A stretch of 62,839 bases of DNA, taken from contig CAMHDT010000001.1 in the NCBI GenBank assembly GCA_946183985.1, positions 1-62,839 of the forward strand, in the 5' to 3' direction. Origin of the DNA: an uncultured Prevotella sp. Its GTDB lineage: Bacteria > Bacteroidota > Bacteroidia > Bacteroidales > Bacteroidaceae. The notes under the pieces were generated by a model, which searched no databases, was not told where the DNA came from, and saw only the letters and a list, made by a program, of their open reading frames with translations. A program made the translations under genes and the position numbers. Every line of letters starts with the position of its first letter. Position 1 is the stretch's first letter. Shown here piece after piece: positions 47,925 through 57,081 of this stretch.

Positions 47925-50321
47925 ATGATGACAACACGACTTCTGAAGCCACTCGCACTGGCCGCCGCCATGCTGCTGACAGGCTCTGCCGCACACGCAA
48001 CAACGCCTCCAGGCTCGTTTTCCACAGGCAACAAGACTTTTTTGCTCAACGGACAGCCTTTCGTGGTGAAGGCTGCCGAGGTACACTATCCGCGCATACC
48101 TCGCCCCTACTGGGAACACCGCATACGCATGTGCAAGGCTTTGGGCATGAATACGCTGTGCATCTATGTATTCTGGAACATACACGAACAGAAAGAGGGC
48201 GTCTTTGACTTCAGCGGCAACAATGATGTGGCCGAGTTCTGCCGGCTGGCGCAGAAAAACGGCATGTATGTCATTGTGCGCCCTGGCCCCTATGTGTGTG
48301 CTGAATGGGAAATGGGCGGTCTGCCCTGGTGGCTCTTGAAAAAGAAGGACATCCGCTTGCGCGAACGCGACCCCTACTTCATGGAGCGCGTAAAGTTTTT
48401 TGAAGAGAAGGTGGGCGAGCAACTGGCACCGCTCACTATACAGAATGGCGGACCCATCATCATGGTACAGGTGGAGAACGAATACGGGTCGTATGGCGAG
48501 GATAAGCCCTACATCAGCGAGATTCGCGATTGTCTGCGGGGCATCTATGGCAATGACCTGACGCTCTTCCAGTGCGACTGGTCGTCTAATTTCTGGAAGA
48601 ACGGTCTCGACGACCTCACATGGACCATGAACTTCGGCACAGGGGCCGACATCGACCAGCAGTTCAAGCGTCTAGGCGAGATGCGTCCTGATGCGCCGCA
48701 GATGTGCTCAGAGTTCTGGAGCGGATGGTTCGACAAATGGGGAGCCCGCCACGAGACACGCCCGGCCAAGGATATGGTAGAGGGCATGGACCAGATGCTG
48801 AGCCGCGGCATCTCGTTCTCGCTCTATATGACTCACGGGGGCACTTCCTTCGGCCACTGGGCCGGTGCCAACAGTCCAGGATTCGCACCCGATGTGACCT
48901 CCTACGACTACGATGCACCCATCAACGAATATGGACAGGCCACACCCAAGTTCTGGGAACTGCGCACGATGATGCAGAAATACAACAACGGCCAGCAACT
49001 CCCATCTGTGCCAAAGGCTCCCATGCCCATCGTCAGCGTGCCACGGTTTGAACTCACCGAGTTTGCACCGCTCACCATGAGCGCCGACAATGTCCATACA
49101 GCAAGCACACCGCTCACCTTCGAAGAGATGGACATGGGTTGGGGCATGGCCGTCTACACCACAGCCGAACTGCCTGAGATAAAGACCAAGAGCGTGCTCC
49201 ACGGCGATTTTCACGACTATGCACAGGTGTTTATCGACCAACAGTACATTGGCACCATCGACCGCGTCAGAAACGAAAAGGCACTCATGCTACCGCCCAT
49301 CAGCAAGGGACAGCGCATGACCATCCTGGTGGAAGGCATGGGGCGCATCAACTTCGGACGGGCCATCAAGGACTTCAAGGGCATTGTAGGCGATGTGACC
49401 ATCACTGCCGAGAGCAGCAGTTACGATGCTGTGTTCAAGCCAAGAAAATGGGCATGCATGCCCATCGACGACAGTTATGAGACGGCAACAGCGGCCTTTA
49501 GCAACAACGCTAAAGCCACCTTCGGCAACCGCGGCTACTATCGCGGCTATTTCAACATCAGCAAGTTGGGCGACACTTTCCTCAACTTCGAGCAATGGGG
49601 CAAAGGACAAGTGTGGGTCAACGGCCATGCCATGGGACGTATCTGGAGCATCGGCCCGCAACAGACACTCTACGTGCCTGGCTGCTGGCTGAAGAAAGGC
49701 AAGAACGAAATCATCGTGCTCGACATCATCGGCCCTAAAGAGCCCGTGGTGTGGGGACAGACCACACACGAACTGAACAAACTGCAGACAGAAAAGCCTA
49801 ACAAGCACAACGACCAGTCCCTCAGGCCCAGCCTCAGCAGCACTACGCCCGTCAGAGTGTCTGGCGGTTCTTCGCAGAGCGAAGCATCCCAAGATCCGAG
49901 CGTACCTGCCGGAACCATCACCGCATCCGCCGGTAACGGCTGGCAGACCTTTAAGTTTGCTTCGCCACAAAAAGGACGCCACCTCGTTATCGAATGCCTT
50001 TCCACACAGAAAGACGGTGACCGTGTTGCCATTGCCGAACTCTATCTGCAAGGAGCCGACGGACGCCGTCTGAGCCGTGAGTCGTGGACCGTGCGCTATG
50101 CCACCAGCGAAGATGACGCGGGCAACCGCACCGGCGACAAGGCCTTCGACCTGCAGGAGTCCACCTACTGGCAAACGGAAAAGAAAGCCGCACTGCCCCA
50201 CCTGCTGGTCATCGACATGGGCTCAGAACAGACCGTCACGGCACTGGAATACCTGCCACGGGCCGAACAAGGCGCACCCGGCTGCATGAAAGACTTCCGC
50301 ATCTATCTTATTGAAAAATAA
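47925..50321 (+). CDS. GH35 beta-galactosidase with C-terminal F5/8 type C (CBM32-like) domain
   Basis: Signal peptide, HYPRIP, RPGPYVCAEWEMGG, QVENEYG, SEFWSGWF, YMTHGGTSFG, TSYDYDAP and C-terminal AFDLQESTYW. Confidence 0.93.
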   Translation: MMTTRLLKPLALAAAMLLTGSAAHATTPPGSFSTGNKTFLLNGQPFVVKAAEVHYPRIPRPYWEHRIRMCKALGMNTLCIYVFWNIHEQKEGVFDFSGNNDVAEFCRLAQKNGMYVIVRPGPYVCAEWEMGGLPWWLLKKKDIRLRERDPYFMERVKFFEEKVGEQLAPLTIQNGGPIIMVQVENEYGSYGEDKPYISEIRDCLRGIYGNDLTLFQCDWSSNFWKNGLDDLTWTMNFGTGADIDQQFKRLGEMRPDAPQMCSEFWSGWFDKWGARHETRPAKDMVEGMDQMLSRGISFSLYMTHGGTSFGHWAGANSPGFAPDVTSYDYDAPINEYGQATPKFWELRTMMQKYNNGQQLPSVPKAPMPIVSVPRFELTEFAPLTMSADNVHTASTPLTFEEMDMGWGMAVYTTAELPEIKTKSVLHGDFHDYAQVFIDQQYIGTIDRVRNEKALMLPPISKGQRMTILVEGMGRINFGRAIKDFKGIVGDVTITAESSSYDAVFKPRKWACMPIDDSYETATAAFSNNAKATFGNRGYYRGYFNISKLGDTFLNFEQWGKGQVWVNGHAMGRIWSIGPQQTLYVPGCWLKKGKNEIIVLDIIGPKEPVVWGQTTHELNKLQTEKPNKHNDQSLRPSLSSTTPVRVSGGSSQSEASQDPSVPAGTITASAGNGWQTFKFASPQKGRHLVIECLSTQKDGDRVAIAELYLQGADGRRLSRESWTVRYATSEDDAGNRTGDKAFDLQESTYWQTEKKAALPHLLVIDMGSEQTVTALEYLPRAEQGAPGCMKDFRIYLIEK

Positions 50322-50349
50322 AATCCATCAAAATTGAATATTGAAGATA

Positions 50350-51720
50350 ATGACAAGTAAGGGATTCCTCTATTTTATCTGTGCCGTATCGGCCATGGGC
50401 GGACTGCTCTTCGGCTACGACTGGGTGGTGATAGGCGGAGCCAAACCGTTCTATGAACAATACTTTGGCATTGCCCAGTCGCCGGTGATGCAGGGCGTGG
50501 CCATGACAACGGCTCTGGTGGGCTGCCTGGTGGGCGCAATGGTGGCTGGTGCCGCTGCCGACAAGTACGGACGCAGGCCACTGCTGCAGATGGCCGCTGT
50601 GCTCTTCACCGTGTCGGCCATCGGCACAGGCTTGTTCAACAATTTCACCTTATTTAATATAGCACGCTTCGTGGGCGGCATCGGCATCGGACTGGCTTCG
50701 GCATTGGCACCGATGTATATCGCTGAGGTCAGCCCCGCAAACATCCGCGGACGCATGGTCTCGCTCAACCAAATGACCATCGTGCTGGGCATCCTGGCCG
50801 CACAATTGATTAACATGATGCTGGCACAAGACACCACCGTGGCCGAGAGCCAGCAATGGAACGTGGCATGGGGATGGCGATGGATGTTCTGGGCAGAAAC
50901 GGTGCCTGCCGCACTGTTCCTGACAATGAGTTTCTTCATACCCGAAAGCCCGCGATGGCAGGTGCTGAACCAGCAGACAGACAAGGCCCGCAAGACCTTT
51001 GCACGCATGGGTGGCAGCGACTATGCCGACAGCGAAATCAACAACGTGATGCAGACAGCCGCCTGCCACAACGCTAACGAGCAAGGAGGCCTCGGCCTGC
51101 TGTTCTCAAAACCCTTCGTGCCCATCCTTGTGCTGGGCATCGTGGTGGCTGTGTTCCAGCAATGGTGCGGTACCAACGGCATCTTCAATTATGCTGAAGA
51201 GGTGTTCAAATCGGCTGGCTACAATACCAACGACATGTTCTTCCAGATTGTGCTCACAGGCATCGTCAACGTGGTGTTCACCATCGTGGCTCTCTATGCC
51301 GTGGAACGACTGGGACGACGCTCGCTCATGCTCATTGGGGCATGCGGTCTGTTTATGATCTACACGGCCTTGGGCGCATGTTATTTCTTCAACGCACCAG
51401 GCGTCTGCGTCGTCGTTCTAGTGCTCATGGCCATTGCCTGCTATGCCATGTCGCTCGCACCCGTCACATGGGTACTGCTGGCCGAGATATTCCCCAACCG
51501 TGTGCGGGGCATAGCAATGGCGGTATGCACGTTTGCACTATGGGCTGGCTGCTGCACCTTCACCTTCTCATTCCCCTTGCTGCACGACACGCTGCATGCT
51601 CACGGACAGTTCTGGCTATATGCCGTCATCTGTCTGTCGGGCTTCATCTATTTCCTGCGCCGATGCCCGGAGACTAAAGGCAAGAGTCTGGAGGAACTGG
51701 AGAGAGAGGTGAAAAACTGA
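50350..51720 (+). CDS. Sugar porter family MFS transporter
   Basis: GGLLFGYD, DKYGRR, PMYIAE, PESPRW, FQQWCG and PETKGKSLEE. Confidence 0.93.
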   Translation: MTSKGFLYFICAVSAMGGLLFGYDWVVIGGAKPFYEQYFGIAQSPVMQGVAMTTALVGCLVGAMVAGAAADKYGRRPLLQMAAVLFTVSAIGTGLFNNFTLFNIARFVGGIGIGLASALAPMYIAEVSPANIRGRMVSLNQMTIVLGILAAQLINMMLAQDTTVAESQQWNVAWGWRWMFWAETVPAALFLTMSFFIPESPRWQVLNQQTDKARKTFARMGGSDYADSEINNVMQTAACHNANEQGGLGLLFSKPFVPILVLGIVVAVFQQWCGTNGIFNYAEEVFKSAGYNTNDMFFQIVLTGIVNVVFTIVALYAVERLGRRSLMLIGACGLFMIYTALGACYFFNAPGVCVVVLVLMAIACYAMSLAPVTWVLLAEIFPNRVRGIAMAVCTFALWAGCCTFTFSFPLLHDTLHAHGQFWLYAVICLSGFIYFLRRCPETKGKSLEELEREVKN

Positions 51721-51754
51721 AAAACGAAAGAGTTGAAAATAAAAAGATTAAAAT

Positions 51755-54700
51755 ATGTCTGTAAAAGCATGGAGAGAGTTGGTTACCATACCAACCTATG
51801 AGATTGGAAAAGCAGAGAAGAGCCCGATGTTTCTGGAAAAACGAGTGTATCAGGGCTCAAGCGGTGTGGTCTATCCCTACCCCGTCATCGAGTCGATAGC
51901 CAACGAGCCAACGCCACACGAATGGAACGTGGTGTTTCTGGAGAACGAATACATCAAGGTGATGGTAATGCCCGAACTGGGCGGACGCATACAGATGGCC
52001 TATGATAAAATCAAGCAACGCCACTTTGTCTATTACAATCATGTTATCAAACCCGCACTCGTGGGCTTGTGCGGTCCGTGGATCAGTGGCGGCATAGAGT
52101 TCAACTGGCCTCAGCATCACCGCCCGTCGACCTATCTGCCCGTGGACAGCACCATCGTGGAAAACAAAGACGGAAGCATTACCGTGTGGGTGAACGAGAT
52201 GGAGCGCATGTTCCACCAAAAAGGCATGGCAGGCTTCACACTGAGGCCCGGTTGCGCCTATCTGGAGATACAGGGACGCGTCAGCAATCGTACTCCATTG
52301 CCGCAGACATTCCTTTGGTGGGCCAACCCCGCCGTAGAGGTGAACGATGCCTATCAGAGCGTGTTCCCGCCCGATGTGAACGCTGTCTTCGACCACGGCA
52401 AACGGGCTGTCTCATCGTTCCCCGTCGCTACGGGCACTTATTACAAGATGGACTATTCAGCCGGTGTAGACATCTCGAACTACAAGAACATCAAAGTGCC
52501 TACAAGTTACATGGCCGTGAACTCGAAATACGACTTCGAGGGTGGCTATGAGAACGACACCAAAGGCGGCATGCTCCACGTGGCCAGCCACCACTTTTCG
52601 CCAGGCAAGAAGCAATGGACCTGGGGCAACGGCGACTTCGGCCGCGCCTGGGACCGGAATCTTACAGATTCAATTGATAATGGACAGTTGATAATGGAAA
52701 ATGGTCATGCGGATACAGGCGAAACCGATAATTATCCATTATCCATTATCAATTGTTCATTGTCCAAAGGATATCGCCCCTACATCGAACTGATGGCGGG
52801 CGTATATACCGAGAACCAACCCGACTTCACCTGGCTGATGCCCTATGAGGAGAAGCAGTTTGTGCAGTATTTCATGCCATATCGCGAGTTAGGCATCGTG
52901 AAGCAGGCCTCAAAAGACTTTGTGCTGAATATTGCTGAAGAAGGAAACAACATTACTTTCAAGATTCTGGCCACATCGAAACAAATAGCACGGGTGGCAT
53001 TACACACCAAGAATGGCGAGGTCTTGTTCGACCAAGAAACAGAATTTTCTCCCGAAAAGGTCTTTGTACAAACGGTAGATGCTAAAGGAGCAGCACTGGC
53101 TGACATCGTCCTTAGCGTTGGACGCCTGCAGTGGCAGGCCGAACCCGACGAGATTCGTCCCATCCCCGATGCCGCCGAGGCAGCACTAAAACCAGAGGAC
53201 ACAAAGACCAACGACCAACTCTACCTGACCGGTCTCCACCTGGAGCAGTATCGCCATGCCACGTGGTCGGCCCTCGACTACTATGAGGAAGCCCTGCGCC
53301 GCGACCCGAACGATGTGCGCTGCCTGAACCAGACGGGCCTGTGGTATCTGCGCCGCGGCCGCTTCGACAAGGCTGAGACCTATTTGAGAAAGGCCGTGAA
53401 GATTTGGCAGAAGCGCAACCCCAACCCCTATGACGGCGAGGCCATCTACAACCTTGCACTTACCCTGAAATATCAAGGACGTGTGGATGAAGCCTATGAA
53501 CTGTTCTGGAAAGCCACATGGAACAAAGCATGTGCCGATGCCGCCTACTTCGATGCCGCCAGAATCAGCGTGCTGCAGGGCCGCTACGACGATGCTTTAG
53601 ACGAACTGAACCGCTGTCTGATATTCAACAGTTGTAACCATCAGGCCCGTGCGCTGAAGGCTGCCGTGCTGCGCAAACTCGACCGCACCGACGAGGCACT
53701 GGCCTTGATTGACGAGTCGCTGGCTTGCGACCGTTTCAACTATGTCTGCCGCTATGAGCAGTATCTGCTGACGGGCGACAAGGCCCTGCTCCAGAGGATG
53801 AAGCAGATGATGCAACCGTCGGCACAGCACTCGGTCCTTGGGACGCTTTGCAACGCAAAGAACTACGACGAGACCGCCCTTGAATACTGCGCTGCAGGAC
53901 TCTTCACCGAGGCTCAGGCCATCTGGCACATGGCCATAGACGAGAAGGCCACAACGCCCATGACTTGGTATTATCTCTTCACATACTGCAAAGAAGCAGA
54001 AGCCTTGGAGATGGCCGAGAATACCGATGCTGCCTGTTGCTTCCCCAATCGTCTGGAAGACATCCATGCCCTCATGGCAGCCCTCACTGCAAATCCTAAC
54101 AGTAGCAAGGCTGCCTACTATCTGGGGTGTCTCTACTACGACAAGCGGCAGTATGATTTGGCTATTGAGAACTGGGAACGCTCTGCAGAAATCAACCCGG
54201 CATTCCCCACCGTATGGCGCAACCTTGCCCTGGCCCGCTTCAACAAACAAGAAACATCGGGAATGGCACTCGAAAATATGGAACGGGCGTTCCACCTGGA
54301 CGAGACCGACAGCCGCATGCTGATGGAACTGGACCAACTCTACAAGCGTCTGCACCGAGATCACCACGAGCGCCTCGCCTTCCTGGAAAAGCATCTCGAA
54401 CAGGTATGGCAACGCGACGACCTTGTGCTCGAAATGATTACGCTGCAAAACCAAATAGGCCGCTATGAGGAGGCTTACCAGAATCTGGACGACCGCATTT
54501 TCCATCCCTGGGAGGGCGGCGAAGGCAAGGTGCCTGCCCAGTATCAGATATGCCGTGTGGAGATGGCCAAAGACGCCATGGCCAGCGGCGACAAGCAGGA
54601 ACTGGAGCGTGCCATACGCCTGCTCAACGAGTGTCTTGTCTATCCGCCCCATCTGGGCGAAGGCAAACTCCATGGTGCTCAGGACAACGATTTTTACTAT

Positions 54701-55159
54701 CTGTTGGGCAGGGCCTACGACATGCTCGGACAGAGCGACAAGGCCCGTGAGTGCTACGAGCAAGGCACTGCCGGTCCTACGGAGCCTGCTGCCGCCATGT
54801 ACTACAACGATGCCAAACCCGACAAGATATTCTATGCCGGCTTGTGCTACAGGGCACTGGGGCAGGAAGACAAGGCGCGTGGCCTTTTCAATAAACTTCT
54901 CGGCTATGGCAAGCAGCACCTCTTCGACCATGTGACCATGGACTATTTTGCCGTGTCGCTGCCAGACCTGCTCATCTGGGAGGATTCCTTAGACCAGAAG
55001 AACCTCATACACTGCAAATACATGCTGGCGCTGGGCTATGCGGGCATGGGCGACAAGACACATGCTGAGCGTTTCCTAAACGAGGTGGAAGCCCTCGACA
55101 ACAATCATCAGGGCATTCAGCAGTTGCGTACGTTCATGAAACTCATGCCAGTTCTGTAG
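51755..55159 (+). CDS. DUF5107 domain / TPR-repeat protein
   Basis: LENEYIKVMVMPELGGRI, KPALVGLCGPWISGGIEFNWPQHHRP, C-terminal TPRs and FHPWEGGEG. Confidence 0.85.
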   Translation: MSVKAWRELVTIPTYEIGKAEKSPMFLEKRVYQGSSGVVYPYPVIESIANEPTPHEWNVVFLENEYIKVMVMPELGGRIQMAYDKIKQRHFVYYNHVIKPALVGLCGPWISGGIEFNWPQHHRPSTYLPVDSTIVENKDGSITVWVNEMERMFHQKGMAGFTLRPGCAYLEIQGRVSNRTPLPQTFLWWANPAVEVNDAYQSVFPPDVNAVFDHGKRAVSSFPVATGTYYKMDYSAGVDISNYKNIKVPTSYMAVNSKYDFEGGYENDTKGGMLHVASHHFSPGKKQWTWGNGDFGRAWDRNLTDSIDNGQLIMENGHADTGETDNYPLSIINCSLSKGYRPYIELMAGVYTENQPDFTWLMPYEEKQFVQYFMPYRELGIVKQASKDFVLNIAEEGNNITFKILATSKQIARVALHTKNGEVLFDQETEFSPEKVFVQTVDAKGAALADIVLSVGRLQWQAEPDEIRPIPDAAEAALKPEDTKTNDQLYLTGLHLEQYRHATWSALDYYEEALRRDPNDVRCLNQTGLWYLRRGRFDKAETYLRKAVKIWQKRNPNPYDGEAIYNLALTLKYQGRVDEAYELFWKATWNKACADAAYFDAARISVLQGRYDDALDELNRCLIFNSCNHQARALKAAVLRKLDRTDEALALIDESLACDRFNYVCRYEQYLLTGDKALLQRMKQMMQPSAQHSVLGTLCNAKNYDETALEYCAAGLFTEAQAIWHMAIDEKATTPMTWYYLFTYCKEAEALEMAENTDAACCFPNRLEDIHALMAALTANPNSSKAAYYLGCLYYDKRQYDLAIENWERSAEINPAFPTVWRNLALARFNKQETSGMALENMERAFHLDETDSRMLMELDQLYKRLHRDHHERLAFLEKHLEQVWQRDDLVLEMITLQNQIGRYEEAYQNLDDRIFHPWEGGEGKVPAQYQICRVEMAKDAMASGDKQELERAIRLLNECLVYPPHLGEGKLHGAQDNDFYYLLGRAYDMLGQSDKARECYEQGTAGPTEPAAAMYYNDAKPDKIFYAGLCYRALGQEDKARGLFNKLLGYGKQHLFDHVTMDYFAVSLPDLLIWEDSLDQKNLIHCKYMLALGYAGMGDKTHAERFLNEVEALDNNHQGIQQLRTFMKLMPVL

Positions 55160-55167
55160 ACCAACCT

Positions 55168-55620
55168 CTACAGACTCTGCAGCAGGGCCGTGCAGCCTTC
55201 AAGCACATCGCGCCACGTGGCCTCGAAGTCGCCCGTATACCAAGGGTCGGCCACATCGCCGGGACGGCGGGTGTAGTCCATCAACTTGCGTATCTTGCCC
55301 TCCGGGTCGCCACCGCAAATGCGGTTCATGTTGCGGATGTTCCACGTGTCCATGCCTATGAGCAGGTCAAAGCGCCCATAGTCGGTTGCGGTCATCTGCC
55401 GAGCCGTCTTTCCCTTACACGAGATGCCGTGCCCGGCCAGTTTGCGCCTGGCCGGCGGATAGACCTCGTTGCCAATCTCCTCGGTCGATGTGGCAGCCGA
55501 CTCGATGTGGAAGCGGGCCGAGAGGCCTGCCTTTTCCACAATATCCTTCATGACGAACTCGGCCATCGGGCTGCGGCAGATGTTGCCGTGGCACACAAAG
55601 AGAATACTGGTTGTTTTCAT
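55168..55620 (-). CDS. Low-molecular-weight protein-tyrosine phosphatase
   Basis: FVCHGNICRSPMAE and DVADPWY. Confidence 0.93.
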   Translation of the reverse strand: MKTTSILFVCHGNICRSPMAEFVMKDIVEKAGLSARFHIESAATSTEEIGNEVYPPARRKLAGHGISCKGKTARQMTATDYGRFDLLIGMDTWNIRNMNRICGGDPEGKIRKLMDYTRRPGDVADPWYTGDFEATWRDVLEGCTALLQSL

Positions 55621-55630
55621 TTTGAGAAGA

Positions 55631-56452
55631 CTATCTTACCACCTCGGTAAACTCGGGCTTGGCACCGGCAGCACTGCCAACAGTTATATAGATGGTAGAG
55701 GCCGACTCACGGCCGTCACGGTCGCGACTGACAACGGCAAACTTATAGTCGGTGCCGTCGGGCGTGGTGCGCTTGCCAAAGGTCTGCGGTGTGCCCAGCG
55801 GAAACTGATAGTTGGAGCAGGCAGCATCGAAGATGGCACGCTCGCCGTCACCCACAGGCTGCTGGGGCGAGAAGTCGGGCAGTGGCGGCACCTTGCCCTT
55901 CTTATAGCCATTGGTCTTCAGGAAGCGGTCCAGTTCTTTGGCGGCAGCCGATATGCGGGCCGTGCGCACGCCATAGCCCTGACAGACGGTGGCCTTGGGC
56001 AGTGCCTTCGTCAGCGCCTCGCTCGAGGTGTTGAGGCCGCCGCTGCCAAAGGTGCAGAAGGGCACCACCGTCTTTCCCTCGAAGTCATGCTCCTTCACCA
56101 GCGTGGCAATGGGATTGGCATAGGTGCCAAACCAGATGGGATAGCCTAGGAAGATAATGTCGTAGTCGGCCATCTGGCGCGTCAGCGGCTTCAGTGCCGG
56201 CATCTGACCGCTTTGCATCTCACGCTGTCCGCGCTGTATGGTTTCCATGAAGATGCCCGTATAGGGCTCTACGGCCACCACGCTGTCGATGTCGGCGCCC
56301 AACTGCCGTTGCAGTTCCTCGGCCACGGTGCGGGTCGTTCCCGTCTCAGAATAATAGAGCACCAGCATGCGGGCAGCCCCTGTGGCGGGCTGCTGGGCCG
56401 CTGCGGTCATGACTGCCGCGAGGGCAATAACGGATAATAAGAGTCTTTTCAT
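55631..56452 (-). CDS. Secreted flavodoxin-domain protein
   Basis: Signal peptide, VLYYSETGTT, YDIIFLGYPIWFG and PFCTFGSGG. Confidence 0.8.
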   Translation of the reverse strand: MKRLLLSVIALAAVMTAAAQQPATGAARMLVLYYSETGTTRTVAEELQRQLGADIDSVVAVEPYTGIFMETIQRGQREMQSGQMPALKPLTRQMADYDIIFLGYPIWFGTYANPIATLVKEHDFEGKTVVPFCTFGSGGLNTSSEALTKALPKATVCQGYGVRTARISAAAKELDRFLKTNGYKKGKVPPLPDFSPQQPVGDGERAIFDAACSNYQFPLGTPQTFGKRTTPDGTDYKFAVVSRDRDGRESASTIYITVGSAAGAKPEFTEVVR

Positions 56453-56596
56453 GTTTAGTAATCAGGTTTTCATGACTGTGCAAAAATACTAAAAAAAACA
56501 ACATGCCACTCAAAAAACATACAATTTTTTCGCTAAAACACTTGCATTCGCCTTCAGAATTTTGTATCTTTGCAACCGAAAGACACTGCCATCAGA

Positions 56597-56659
56597 AAAA
56601 ATTCTGGCCAGAATTTTAAGAATTTTGGCCAAAATTCAAAAAATAATGGCCAAAATTTA
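56597..56659. repeat. Triple TGGCCA-centred palindrome array, 21-bp spacing (copy 2)
   Basis: TGGCCA at 56605, 56626 and 56647, between a -7-type promoter box and the HU-like gene. Confidence 0.9.
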
Positions 56660-56685
56660 TTTTAATCATTAATACCTAAAAACAC

Positions 56686-57072
56686 ATGATTTACACACTT
56701 AAGAAACAAAACAGCCCGATATTGCCCTCTGCGGGCATGTATGTGGCACGTGCCTACCACAACGATGTGGTGGACACCGAGGAGATTGCACAGAAAATAC
56801 AGGAGAACTGCACGCTGAAGCGCTCGGATGTGCTGGCCGTGCTGAGCGAACTGGAATGCGTGCTGTGCGACTATCTGAAAGACGGAAAGATAGTGCGCCT
56901 GAACCATCTGGGCCGTCTGAAACTTGAAATCGAGGGCAAGCCCGTGGCCAGTCCCGCCGACTTCGACCCGCAGAAGCACATCAACACCGTGCGCCTGCAC
57001 TTCATTCCCGAGAGCCGCAACGGCCGCCAGCCCCTCTACGACGGCATCCGATTCAAGAAAAAGGACTTCTGA
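56686..57072 (+). CDS. HU/IHF-like DNA-binding protein (Bacteroidales long HU type)
   Basis: IAQKIQENCTLKRSDVLAVL...LKDGKIVRLNHLGRLKL...VRLHFIPE. Confidence 0.85.
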   Translation: MIYTLKKQNSPILPSAGMYVARAYHNDVVDTEEIAQKIQENCTLKRSDVLAVLSELECVLCDYLKDGKIVRLNHLGRLKLEIEGKPVASPADFDPQKHINTVRLHFIPESRNGRQPLYDGIRFKKKDF

Positions 57073-57081
57073 AAGCAGTCC

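Noticed and set aside
55168..55620. LMW phosphatase as cognate partner of the kinase-FKBP fusion
   Set aside because: It is 31 kb away and belongs to a Tyr/Arg-phosphatase family; nothing in the sequence links them.
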